Virus record (IMG/VR): IMGVR_UViG_3300036939_000039
Coordinates: 1-64,000 of that record
DNA: 64,000 bases
Direction: 5' to 3' (one strand)
From: a virus
Positions 1 to 9,900 of this stretch are shown here, in pieces (position 1 is the stretch's first letter; each line of letters opens with the position of its first letter). The position numbers were made by a program, and so were the translations under genes. The notes below the pieces were generated by a model, which worked only from the letters and a program-made list of their open reading frames with translations, ran no database searches and was not told the DNA's origin.

Positions 1-299
1 GCTACGATTTTTCAATTAACACACCTGATGTTTTGGCGATTAAATCTGCTGTTGCCGCAATATTGAAGTATCTGCTTTTTTCGGATGGATTGATTAATTC
101 TGTACAAGGCGGTAACACATCGACACCCGATAATCTGTCAGGAGGGTTACCCGTTGAGATTGATGTTGTTGATGACATCAAAGTCAAATATGCAAACGTG
201 ATCGATAGCGCAGCAGGCACTGGATTAATTAATAAAGGATTTGAAAATGCATTGATGTTTCTTTCTTCTTTTAGGAAACGACGGGTTTATGGTCATTAA
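1..299 (+). CDS. 3' end of a gene truncated by the window edge (hypothetical structural protein)
   Basis: Frame +3 is open from nt 3 to the TAA at 297-299 with no upstream stop, so the TTG at 33 in the ORF track is probably not the true start. It overlaps the next ATG (289) by 11 nt. Confidence 0.45.
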   Translation, partial: YDFSINTPDVLAIKSAVAAILKYLLFSDGLINSVQGGNTSTPDNLSGGLPVEIDVVDDIKVKYANVIDSAAGTGLINKGFENALMFLSSFRKRRVYGH

Positions 300-726
300 T
301 TCTATCCCTCGAATTGATACTTACGCTCTTTATTCTCGATTGACTAATGCAAGAGCAACAGGACGTATCAGGCTGATTGAATTTCCTGAAGTTGTCAATA
401 GAAACCCCTATGAAATTCCAATTCCGTCACGGCCTCAAGTAGTAATAGATGCTCCCTGTGCAGCTATTAAGTTATTGGATGCAGGCAAAGGAGGCGATCG
501 CTCTGCATCTGGTTATACAGAGTCCAAGATATATCGATGCATGATTAATCGCCTTCCTAATCCAGATTTACTCCGCATCGGATTGTTTGCTGTTGTCAAC
601 TGGCAAGAATCAATCATTAAGGGAGTATTGGACAGAATTGATCCAAAAGCCGTTAGTGAGCGTTTTCACTTGTTTGTTGATGCAGCGCAAAATGTCCCCT
701 TTGATCCAGTAAATCTAGGCGGGTAG
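289..726 (+). CDS. hypothetical protein, head-tail joining module by position
   Basis: 145-aa ORF overlapping the upstream stop, collinear with the tail genes. No motif recognised. Confidence 0.55.
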   Translation: MVINSIPRIDTYALYSRLTNARATGRIRLIEFPEVVNRNPYEIPIPSRPQVVIDAPCAAIKLLDAGKGGDRSASGYTESKIYRCMINRLPNPDLLRIGLFAVVNWQESIIKGVLDRIDPKAVSERFHLFVDAAQNVPFDPVNLGG

Positions 727-732
727 GCACCA

Positions 733-746
733 GTCTAATATTAGAC
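733..746. repeat. 14-bp palindrome GTCTAATATTAGAC (exact)
   Basis: Lies 7 nt after the stop at 726 and 16 nt upstream of the ATG at 763, with AAGGAG in between. Confidence 0.97.
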
Positions 747-762
747 AAATTAAGGAGTAACA

Positions 763-1119
763 ATGCAATTACCGATCAATATTTCAACCTTGAAGGGCAC
801 GGAAGTAAAGCGTACAACACTTGCGCTAGGAGAGCGATACACATTTGCCAATAGTGCTTCTACAGTGCTTGTGGTTGATCATCTTGATCCAGCTTCACCA
901 GAAGGCAATGCCCATATCAACTTCGTGACGCCCGCAAAAGCTTCTAGCAATTATGAAATAGAAGATCCTGTTGAGGCGATCGCTCCTGGTGAGACTAGGG
1001 TGTTTGGGGCACTTCCTTCTACAACTTTCAGTGGCACTGTTGAATTTACTGCATTGGGGACTGATGTGTCGGCTAATTTGGTGCAGGCTTATGTGTTGGA
1101 GGTAAGAACCTATGGTTAA
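763..1119 (+). CDS. hypothetical structural protein
   Basis: 118-aa ORF with a strong SD (AAGGAG) 8 nt upstream. Overlaps the next gene by 8 nt. Confidence 0.6.
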   Translation: MQLPINISTLKGTEVKRTTLALGERYTFANSASTVLVVDHLDPASPEGNAHINFVTPAKASSNYEIEDPVEAIAPGETRVFGALPSTTFSGTVEFTALGTDVSANLVQAYVLEVRTYG

Positions 1120-1501
1120 ACAGGGAGCACTCATTAATGGGCGATCGCTGAACAAATTCCTTAATTCACTAGCGCAAGATTACCAGAAAGCCTGCGCTAA
1201 GACTGTCCCTTTAATTCAAGAATTGACCCCTGTAGATACTAAGCGCCTATACAATTCAACGAGAGCCGAAACTGTTGTTTCATCAGGCAATATTGTCCAG
1301 TGTAACTTTGTTGCTGGTGGTGTTAGCTTACCGGGTGAATTGAGAGAACAGGGAATTGAGAGAAACGTGAATTATGCATATTGGGTAGAAATCAGGAACC
1401 CATATATTCGCCCAAATTTGCCTTCTATTGGCAGAGAGTTGATTGTTCAGTTGCAGCGCATTAGGGCGGCGCGTAAGGTTGGCAAGCAAGGTAATCTGTG
1501 A
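1112..1501 (+). CDS. HK97 gp10-like head-tail joining / neck protein
   Basis: PVDTKRLYNS resembles the PVDTGxLRxS motif of the HK97 gp10 family. Position upstream of the tail tube gene fits. Confidence 0.5.
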   Translation: MVKQGALINGRSLNKFLNSLAQDYQKACAKTVPLIQELTPVDTKRLYNSTRAETVVSSGNIVQCNFVAGGVSLPGELREQGIERNVNYAYWVEIRNPYIRPNLPSIGRELIVQLQRIRAARKVGKQGNL

Positions 1502-1947
1502 TGATTGGAACGCCTCCATCAACAGTTGAATTAAAACAGGTTTTGTGGTGCTGCCTGCGATCGCATCTTGGAGAGTTCATCGAACTCACAAACACTCATC
1601 CACGAACACTTGATGACATTCTCCTGAAGGGTGGGCGAATCGTTATTACTGAGATTGACAATCGAACAATTCAGCGTCAATTGACAACACAAGTTGCATC
1701 TTCCCCTGCGTTGCAGTTTGCGGCTTATCACCAAAATGAGGCGATCGCGGGTCAGTTAATGGAAGAGGTGGATTCAATTGTTAAGCTGAAATGTTGCTGC
1801 CTGCGGATGAACGGGCAACGGCTTGATCATGTGCAACGTCGGCAATGGATGCCTGTCCGTTTTGTTGATCAAGTAGCCCTTTATGTAAGTGCGTGTGTAT
1901 TTGAGTTTTTCTTACAAGCATGTATTAGCTGTTATCGAGAGGATTAA
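1498..1947 (+). CDS. putative tail completion / terminator protein (position only)
   Basis: 149-aa ORF. The likely start is the ATG at 1501, overlapping the upstream TGA. It lies directly before the putative tail tube gene. Confidence 0.35.
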   Translation: MMIGTPPSTVELKQVLWCCLRSHLGEFIELTNTHPRTLDDILLKGGRIVITEIDNRTIQRQLTTQVASSPALQFAAYHQNEAIAGQLMEEVDSIVKLKCCCLRMNGQRLDHVQRRQWMPVRFVDQVALYVSACVFEFFLQACISCYRED

Positions 1948-1950
1948 AAA

Positions 1951-2526
1951 ATGGCAAGAAATTTATTTACCGGGCCCGCGTATATTTATTTGCATTGGGG
2001 TACAGAACGAGAAATTGTTCTCACTCCGGATGACCAAATGGGCGCGGGAACTATTACGGATACCGAGGAATTTACCGAACAAATGACGCAGGCGTCTACA
2101 GCCCCTGCGGACAAGATTGTCTCTGGGTATCGTTGGCAGTTCTCTTTCAGTCTTGCTCGCGTTTGGGGTGGTGATTCGCTTGATATCATTGATTTGGTCT
2201 ATCATGGCGCACAACTACGGGTTGATCCGGAAGATGAATCCCGCAAGGCGTTGGGGTTCTATGATCGCGCTGGATGTCCAGTCGATAAATTTCCAATCTT
2301 GGTAAAAGCAGCAAGTTGTGATGGCCCGACACGGCATCCTGATTTATGGTGGTATTCTCCGTATGCTGGACTGTCAACTCAGGATGCTACGTTTACCTTT
2401 TCAAACACTGATCAGACGTCAATTGGGATTATGATTGACGCATTCCCACCCCCTCCAGAGTTGTCACTGCCTAAGATAATTAGAGGGGATTACACATTAT
2501 TTGGAGTAGGAGCACGCGATGATTAA
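1951..2526 (+). CDS. putative major tail (tube) protein
   Basis: 191-aa ORF immediately upstream of the two chaperone-position ORFs and the tape measure gene. Called by synteny only. Confidence 0.5.
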   Translation: MARNLFTGPAYIYLHWGTEREIVLTPDDQMGAGTITDTEEFTEQMTQASTAPADKIVSGYRWQFSFSLARVWGGDSLDIIDLVYHGAQLRVDPEDESRKALGFYDRAGCPVDKFPILVKAASCDGPTRHPDLWWYSPYAGLSTQDATFTFSNTDQTSIGIMIDAFPPPPELSLPKIIRGDYTLFGVGARDD

Positions 2527-3154
2527 GAAAGTACTGAATGGTGATGAGCTATTTGAGATTTGCTCTCGATTACAAGACCCGATCGCTGTCATCACAATCG
2601 GCGATCGCTCGTTCGATGTCTATGACACAAGTGTGTTAGGTAGTGCATCTCAAGAATTGCTGGCTAAATCACAGAGTAAACTGCAAGCATTCTTCGAGCC
2701 AATCATCAAGCTCAATCAAAGACAGGATGCAGGGGAGCGGGTAACCGATAAAGATTATGAGCAGAGCGCTTTAACTGTCTTGAAACAAGACAGAGAAATG
2801 CTAGATGCTAACATTGCCTACATTGCCGCACATATTGAGGTTGCCCCTAGTGAACTAGTTGAATTAGTGGAACAAAAGCTTGCTGTGTTTAAAGAACAAG
2901 TCAGTAAGTTGGTGATTGATGAAAGCGAGCAAATCAAGCGCGTGAATCTTCAGCGGATTACTTTTTATGCAAAGCTTTCTCTAATGATTAGGCAAGAAAT
3001 ACAGCGCGCTCAGGATGCAGTCACTACAGCGATCGCATCGTTAGAACCCCAGAAATCTATTGCACTATTGGCATCTAGTAGCGATTCTATTGCTGAGGTA
3101 CATACACTTAATAACGGGTTGCCTAGCAAAAAGAAGGATAAAATTGCTACTTAA
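2519..3154 (+). CDS. tail assembly chaperone-position protein 1
   Basis: Acidic 211-aa ORF between the tube and tape measure genes. Confidence 0.45.
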   Translation: MIKKVLNGDELFEICSRLQDPIAVITIGDRSFDVYDTSVLGSASQELLAKSQSKLQAFFEPIIKLNQRQDAGERVTDKDYEQSALTVLKQDREMLDANIAYIAAHIEVAPSELVELVEQKLAVFKEQVSKLVIDESEQIKRVNLQRITFYAKLSLMIRQEIQRAQDAVTTAIASLEPQKSIALLASSSDSIAEVHTLNNGLPSKKKDKIAT

Positions 3155-3156
3155 TA

Positions 3157-3903
3157 ATGAGGATTAGTGAGGAATTTTTAGAAAAAATAATATTCGATGA
3201 ACTCGAAAGCAGTGCTAGCTTTATATTGGGTTCCCATTGCTTTCAATTGTTTCATCCACTGGCACTCCCAAAACGCCATTATCTTAAGTTTCAGTTAGCG
3301 CAAGCTAAACTTGCCGATAATGGCTTTTCTTATGATACAGCGATCGCTTATATTGCTTCTGCCTGTAAAGAAGACACCTACCTACTAAGAAGCCTGATTG
3401 ACCAAAAACACGGAAATGATCGAGCTAAGCGCATTTGGGCAACTATGGTAACTAACTCGATCCGAGAAGCGATTAGCTCCTTTCCTGCTTTTTACGAACC
3501 TTCCAGCAAACCGGAATCTCAACGGACTTTAAGAAAAGGACAGGCAACGATTGAGGCAATAAAGCACTTCAGGGAGGTACTAGACGAGGCACTGCCTACT
3601 CTACTGAGGATGTATGGACTTTCACGGGCGATTGCTCTTGAGTTACCGTCGTGGGAATTTGATTTGTTAACTGAGCACGCATTGCGAACCCGTGCCAGAA
3701 GTTCATTAGATCACTTTCATATGTCTGCTATGGCATTTGGGGGGAAAGCCGATGACGTCAAACAAACAATCTCTAATTTACAGAAACAGGCTGGCTATAG
3801 TACCGACGATGCACCAAAGCGAGTAAGCCTACCGACCGAGGACGAACTAGCGATCGTTGCTCAAAAAGTACGAATGATGGATAGGCGGGGAATCCATTAC
3901 TAG
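3157..3903 (+). CDS. tail assembly chaperone-position protein 2
   Basis: 248-aa ORF starting 2 nt after the previous stop. It has its own ATG, and no canonical slippery heptamer was found. Confidence 0.4.
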   Translation: MRISEEFLEKIIFDELESSASFILGSHCFQLFHPLALPKRHYLKFQLAQAKLADNGFSYDTAIAYIASACKEDTYLLRSLIDQKHGNDRAKRIWATMVTNSIREAISSFPAFYEPSSKPESQRTLRKGQATIEAIKHFREVLDEALPTLLRMYGLSRAIALELPSWEFDLLTEHALRTRARSSLDHFHMSAMAFGGKADDVKQTISNLQKQAGYSTDDAPKRVSLPTEDELAIVAQKVRMMDRRGIHY

Positions 3904-3913
3904 AATTAGCGCT

Positions 3914-3927
3914 GTCTAATATTAGAC
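3914..3927. repeat. 14-bp palindrome (exact)
   Basis: Lies 10 nt after the stop at 3903 and 40 nt upstream of the tape measure GTG. Confidence 0.97.
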
Positions 3928-3967
3928 AAACAAGTATTATCTGAACGGGTAAATATGGAGTGTTACC

Positions 3968-6900
3968 GTGGATTATATTGCATCCATTGGAATTGGGACG
4001 GGCTTGGATCTTTCTGGGTTTTATGCAGGTTTAGAGCAAATCAAGAGAGTTAAGCTTCCAGTTGTCCATATTGTACCGACCGTCGATCATACAGCCTTAT
4101 ACAAACTCAATGAGCATATTGATGAAAAAATAGCGCATGTTGCACAAGCTAATGCTTACCTTAAAAGAAATCCAATAAAAGTATACGCTAATACTAGTGA
4201 GCTAATTAGATTAAAGGAAACAGTTGTTAGCGTCAATAATTGGATGGTATCTAATCCAATTAAAGTAAAAACCGTTGTACAAAAAATTGATGAAACTGCA
4301 CTACGATCGCAGATTGATGAATTATCTAGCAAACTGGAAGCATCGGTTAAAGTCAAGGCTACCGTAGATAAAACTGAGGCTCAGAAGCTCAACGTAGCTC
4401 TTGAGTCTGGAGTTAAAGAGGCATTCAAGGATTCGGCGGTTGTATTAAAAAATTCAATTGAAAAAGCCAATATTAAATCAACCAGCGATCGCGGGATAGT
4501 GGGTGGCGCAGTTGGTGCAATAACAGCTCCCCTGAAACAAGTTGCTTCCGGTGTTTTCACTTCCATAGGATTTCCGTTAGGGGAAAAAATAGGCATTGGA
4601 ATCACTAAAAATTTAGAGCGAAAACTAAATACTTCGTTCATTAAAGTTGGAGAAAAAATAGAAGATTATTCGTCTAGCAAGGTACAACGAGTTACTCAGG
4701 CAAGCTTAGGAACACTTGGTCTAACAACTGAGCAAATCAAGAATGACGCGATCGCCTTTGCTAAAGCATTTGATAAGGCAACAGATCCAGAGCCAATTGA
4801 AAAAGCCGCCAAAAAAGCAGAGACGTTATTAGTAGAATTACTAGAAAATATTTTTGTCTTTAAAGATGTAGGAAAAGCCAAAGAAGCGGCAAGGCGAGAG
4901 GCTCAGAATGTCGCAAAAGCGGCTAGTGAGTTGGCTCAAAATGAAGCCATTAGACCGTATGTAGGCGCGGGTCTAAAGATTGGGGCATATCCATTTAAGA
5001 TAAGGCGAAGTGTCAAAGCGCAAGATTTAGCGATGCAGGCTGAGAAGCTTGCTCAGAATATTGAAGTTGTGCCAGCGAGTAAAGTAGGGGATGCACCGAC
5101 AATCACGATCGCGATCGCGGGCAAAAATAATGTTCAGGGAGCCGGATCGGCGGTAATTGCCCCTGAATTCCAAGCGTTAATGGGCAAAAAAACGCATGTT
5201 GTGCCCGTCGCCAATCCTTACACAGATTCAGGATTAGCAGGTTTAGACGATTTTTTAGACGAACTCAAGAAAGCCGATAAAGGGTTGATGGGGAACCTCA
5301 ACAAATTCCTCACTAATCGCAATATTGACATCGGGAATTTAAGCAAGCATTTGACCGGGAAAACCACGTTTGCTCAGGCAATTTACGAGAAAGATAAGTC
5401 GGGTTCACTGCTTGGTTTGGAGCAAATGGCATATACAGGTGCTGTCAAGGGTTACAACCCGGATGCTCTGACCGCCGCTGCTTATGCGATCGCTTATCAA
5501 AAAGCATACCCTGGAAAAAAAATCAATGTAGTTGGGCACTCAGCTGGCGGGGAAGTTGCGGCAGGAGTTGCTGAAATTACTGCCAAAGCTGGAGTAACGG
5601 TTAATGCAGTGGGCTTAGGAACGCCCATGACAGGGCTTGTCTATGCTGGCAACGTAGGGAATCAGCAAGCCAATTACACCTCACTCATGGGCAAGAAGGA
5701 TTATGTCTACACCCAGATGTTTGAGGCTAACAAGTTGGATGCTGCTGATATCAAGTTATTGGTAGAAAAAGGGGTTGAGGCAGAGGCGCGTAAGACGTTA
5801 TTACAAGGCATTTTCAATCCTGCGTTAACGCCCATGACGCTTATACCGGGCGCGGGTAAGTCTCATGCATTGCCGATGTATTTGTCTAACCCTAGGATTC
5901 AGAAGGAAATGCAACAGCGTTTAACGGGAGCATTGCCGGATGAAATAGCCAAAGAATTTAAAGACCCCGAAACCTACAAGTTCATTCGCGATCGCGGTCT
6001 AAAAGCAGATATCCCCATTAAAGCAATTCAGTCACTAACTGGGGAAGAAATTAGTACGAGCGACCTCAAGCGAAGTTTACGTGATGTTGAGAAGCTGAGT
6101 GAAGATTTCCGGCAAAATACAGCCGAACTTCGAGGGGTGATGAAAGAAGATTTTGAGAATTATCTTCAGTTTTTGGGTAGTATCGAAGCTGCAATTAAAG
6201 ACACTATTGCCCAGGGTGAAGTATCATCTGAAAAAATTAAGTCTGCATTAGATTTAGGTGCTCAATATTATGAGCCTGTCCAGGCATTGCAACAACAGCT
6301 GACGCCTACCCTCAACGCAAATATAGATCGAGAGCGTGCGGCGAGAGCGCAAAAGCAAGCGCAAGAGGCACGAGCGATCGCTGAAGCCGAGGTACTTAGA
6401 AAGCAAAACACAACCAATTTGTACAGATACCCTGAAGTTCCCAGGGGAGCAATTTCTTTATTGCAAAATCAGTCAGCATCGACTCGTGAATTAATAGATT
6501 CCCGTAGAGATATCGACGAGTTAATCAAGCAAATTAAAGCAGACACTACACAATTAACTAATGTTACACAACAAGATATCGATAATTATTTAGATTATTT
6601 GGAAACGCTCAAGCAATCCATTAACTCGTTTATCAATGGAGAGCCATTAGGGCAGTTAGATAAGCTCATTAAGACAACTGACAAAACTTTCGCTCCTGTC
6701 AATTTACCTGTTAATATTCAGTCTTCGCAACCCGAATTAACAGCCATTTCACCCGTTAATCAAACTTCCTTGAAATCAACAGCCCAAAAGGCAACAGATG
6801 AAGCTTTACAGCGCAACGTTAAAGAAGTAATTAAGAAATCAGATATATTAATCAATCAAGTTGTTGGGGCAATTGGTCAACCGTTAATACAGGAAATATC

Positions 6901-9900
6901 GCGCCCTGATGCATCCTTGATTGACCAAATAAAGCAACGGACTGAGGCGTTAGCACAAAGCTCTTTAACGGCTAGTGATTTATCTAAGGGAGTACCTAAC
7001 ATCTCAGCTGCTTATGCTGATGTAGTCAAAGACTTACTACCTGGATTATCTCAAGAAATAGAACAAGCGATCGCCTCTCTTCCAGTCAATGAGCGTCTCA
7101 GTTCTGAGTTAGGTAATCAATTAGCTAATTTAAAATCACAAGTAATTAAGATTCAAAAACGTACAGAAGACTCCATCAAGCAAATTAATAAACCGCTAAC
7201 TCAGGCAATAGATGCTGGTGCTAGCGTCAAGAACCTGGGATTACAATTTAGCGAAAAAATTAAGTCAGCTAGAAAACTTTCAACACTTGATCCAATTGAG
7301 TCTCAAAAATTAGCCAATGAGGTTTTGACAGGCGCTAAGGAAGCAAGAAAGGCAATCGATGACTTGATGAAATCACTAGGTAGCAATGCTTCGCAGGAGC
7401 TAAAAGCGATCGCTAAGTCAGCTAGAACTAGAATTACGGTTGCTTCATCCTCTGCTGAATCTCTCGTTCAATCTCAGGAAGTTGGGTCTAATATTGGACA
7501 AGGCTTGAGTGAGGGAATGAGTCAATCAATTAACCAAGTCAAAGTTGCTGCTGAAGAATTGGCTAAATCTGCAATCGAGCAAGCAAAAGACACGCTAGAT
7601 ATACAAAGTCCGTCAAGGGTATTCCAGCGTATTGGTGAGTTTGTTGTAGAAGGATTTAGCCAAGGCATTCAGAAGGGACAGCAGGGGCTTGACTGGGCAA
7701 GAGAATTGATTACTAAGCCTAGCCAAGGGGCAATTGATAAGGTAATGCAAGTTAGAGAAGCGATCAATGAATTGATAAAAGCTAATCCCTTGCTGCGATC
7801 GCTGTCCAGTGGAATACGAGGAGTAGGCGTTGCATTACTTACATTGCAACTCATTCCAGTTTTAGGCAATATTGCAAATCAAGCTTACCAAACAGCAAAA
7901 GCTTTTGATAGTTTAGAGCGCTCAATTAGGTATAGTGCCGGATCTGAAAGTGAAGGCGCAAAAAACATTGCATACATCAGAAGCGAAGTAGAGCGACTCA
8001 ACGCACCATTGCAAGATGCGACAGAAAGCTTTAATGAGCTAGCTGGGGCATTGCAAGGCACTAAACTTCAGGGTAACACTCGTGAAATCTTCACGGCACT
8101 TAATGAGGCGGCATTAGTCAGGCAGTTGTCACCAGAGAAGCGCCGTCGCTTTGTTTATGGTGTGGCACAGGCAGCTGGCAAGCCTGTTTTGTCAAGCGAA
8201 GAGGTCAACCAGCAAATTGGTGAAGCATTGCCAGGTGCGGCGAATATTTTTGCTAGGGCGTATGGTGAATCACCTGAAACATTTAGGAAAAATCTGGTAA
8301 CGGGTCAATATTCAGGTGCTGAATCTGTTTTGAAATTTGCGCGTCAATTACGCGTTGAATTTGCGTCTGGAGTAGATGAGGCTACCAATTCAACTCAGGC
8401 ACTAGAAAATAGGTTAGGCAATACAAGAATTCAGCTAGAACGGATGCTAGGGAGCGCGGTAATGCCTCTAGTTAATACTGGATTGAAGGGATTAAATATT
8501 GCACTAGAGGCAGTTATTGCCAATGTAGACAAGATTACTTTAATCCTTGGTGCGTTGGCATTACAGCAGCTCCCAGCTGTCCTTGGGTTGATTCTAAAAA
8601 TTGCACAGGTTGCATTGCCTGCGCTTGCTGGTGGGTTTAATGTTGCAGCTGCCGCGATCGCTAAATTCTCTCTACAAACAGCTGCCTTGGCAGTAGCCCT
8701 CAAGGTAGTATCAGATACCTGGCAATCATTTCAAGGTTCTCAAAATCTAGATTCAGCAATTGAGAAAAACATCAAACAATTTAAGCGATTAGAGGATGCG
8801 GCTAGCGGGGTTGGGAAAGGCATTGTTAAGACGTCTAATGATTTAGATAAATTCCTCAATCGTAATATCCAACAAAAAGCACTTGATACATTCAATCCGA
8901 TCGCGTCAATTTTGGGTAATTACAATAAGTTGCAATCGATAATTCGATCACGCTCTAACTTAAAAGATATTCAAGAATTCAATAATCGAGTTAATGTTAC
9001 CCTTGGCAATTCTCAAGTTAAGCCTGATGATGCAGCGCGATCGCGACAGCTTAGTGCGTTAACCGCTGATCCGTTTTTGCCAAGCTATCAACGAGACATT
9101 TACAGCAAAGAAAAAGAGCAAATTGACACCAGAGTCCGCAATCAAAAGGAACTGGTGGATTCTTTGCTAGAAGCCGCCAATGCAGAGATTGAATCAATAG
9201 ATGAATTATGGGCAAAAAATCAGATTTCTCGGAAACAGGCAGATGTTTTAAAGTCTAATATTAGACAATCAATTCCTGCGCTGGAAGCTGCACAAAAAGA
9301 ACTCGAAAATTTTACTTCGGGACAAATCAGCTTAGTTAAGCTAATTCGTGACCAATTAACAAAAACTGCAACGGCTTATGCTGATGCTAATGCAGCGATC
9401 GCGAACAATACAGCGCGTTATCAAGTCGGTTTATCAACAGCCCAGCGCAATGGATTGACACCCGGTCAAGCACAGTATGGTCAGCAATTATTGCAACAGC
9501 GATCGCTAGAAGCACAAATCAATAATGCAAATACTGCGCTTAGTAAACTAAATAAGTATGTTGAAACGCCTGACAACGTACAGCTATTGTTTGAAAAAGG
9601 GATTAATCCTAGAACAGTAGGGGCTGAAGAACTCAATAGGCTTTCGGGTTTAGCTACGGGAGCTGAAGAGAAGTTGCTGTATGAGCGATTGACCAAGATG
9701 AGGGAAATAGAAGGGCAGCTGGGTCAGTTAGAGGTGCAGTTGAGTCAATCGCAAGCAGATGCTGCACAACAGCTTTATGAATTAGGTAAGTCCGTAGATG
9801 AGTATCTCAGGGGGATTACCAGGCAGACCCAGGAACTTCAGCTAACGATTGAGGCGAGTGAATCACAACTGGCGATCGCTGCTGAAAAGAATCGCTTGAT

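Noticed and set aside
2-220. Minus-strand 72-aa ORF at the window start.
   Set aside because: It overlaps the open plus-strand frame that continues the structural operon, and it has no independent support.
3130-3160. Programmed -1 frameshift joining the two chaperone-position ORFs (the G/GT paradigm).
   Set aside because: - The -1 frame has a stop at 3139-3141, so any shift would have to occur within 3142-3152.
- That interval (AATTGCTACTT) contains no X XXY YYZ slippery heptamer.
- The second ORF has its own ATG 2 nt after the first stop.
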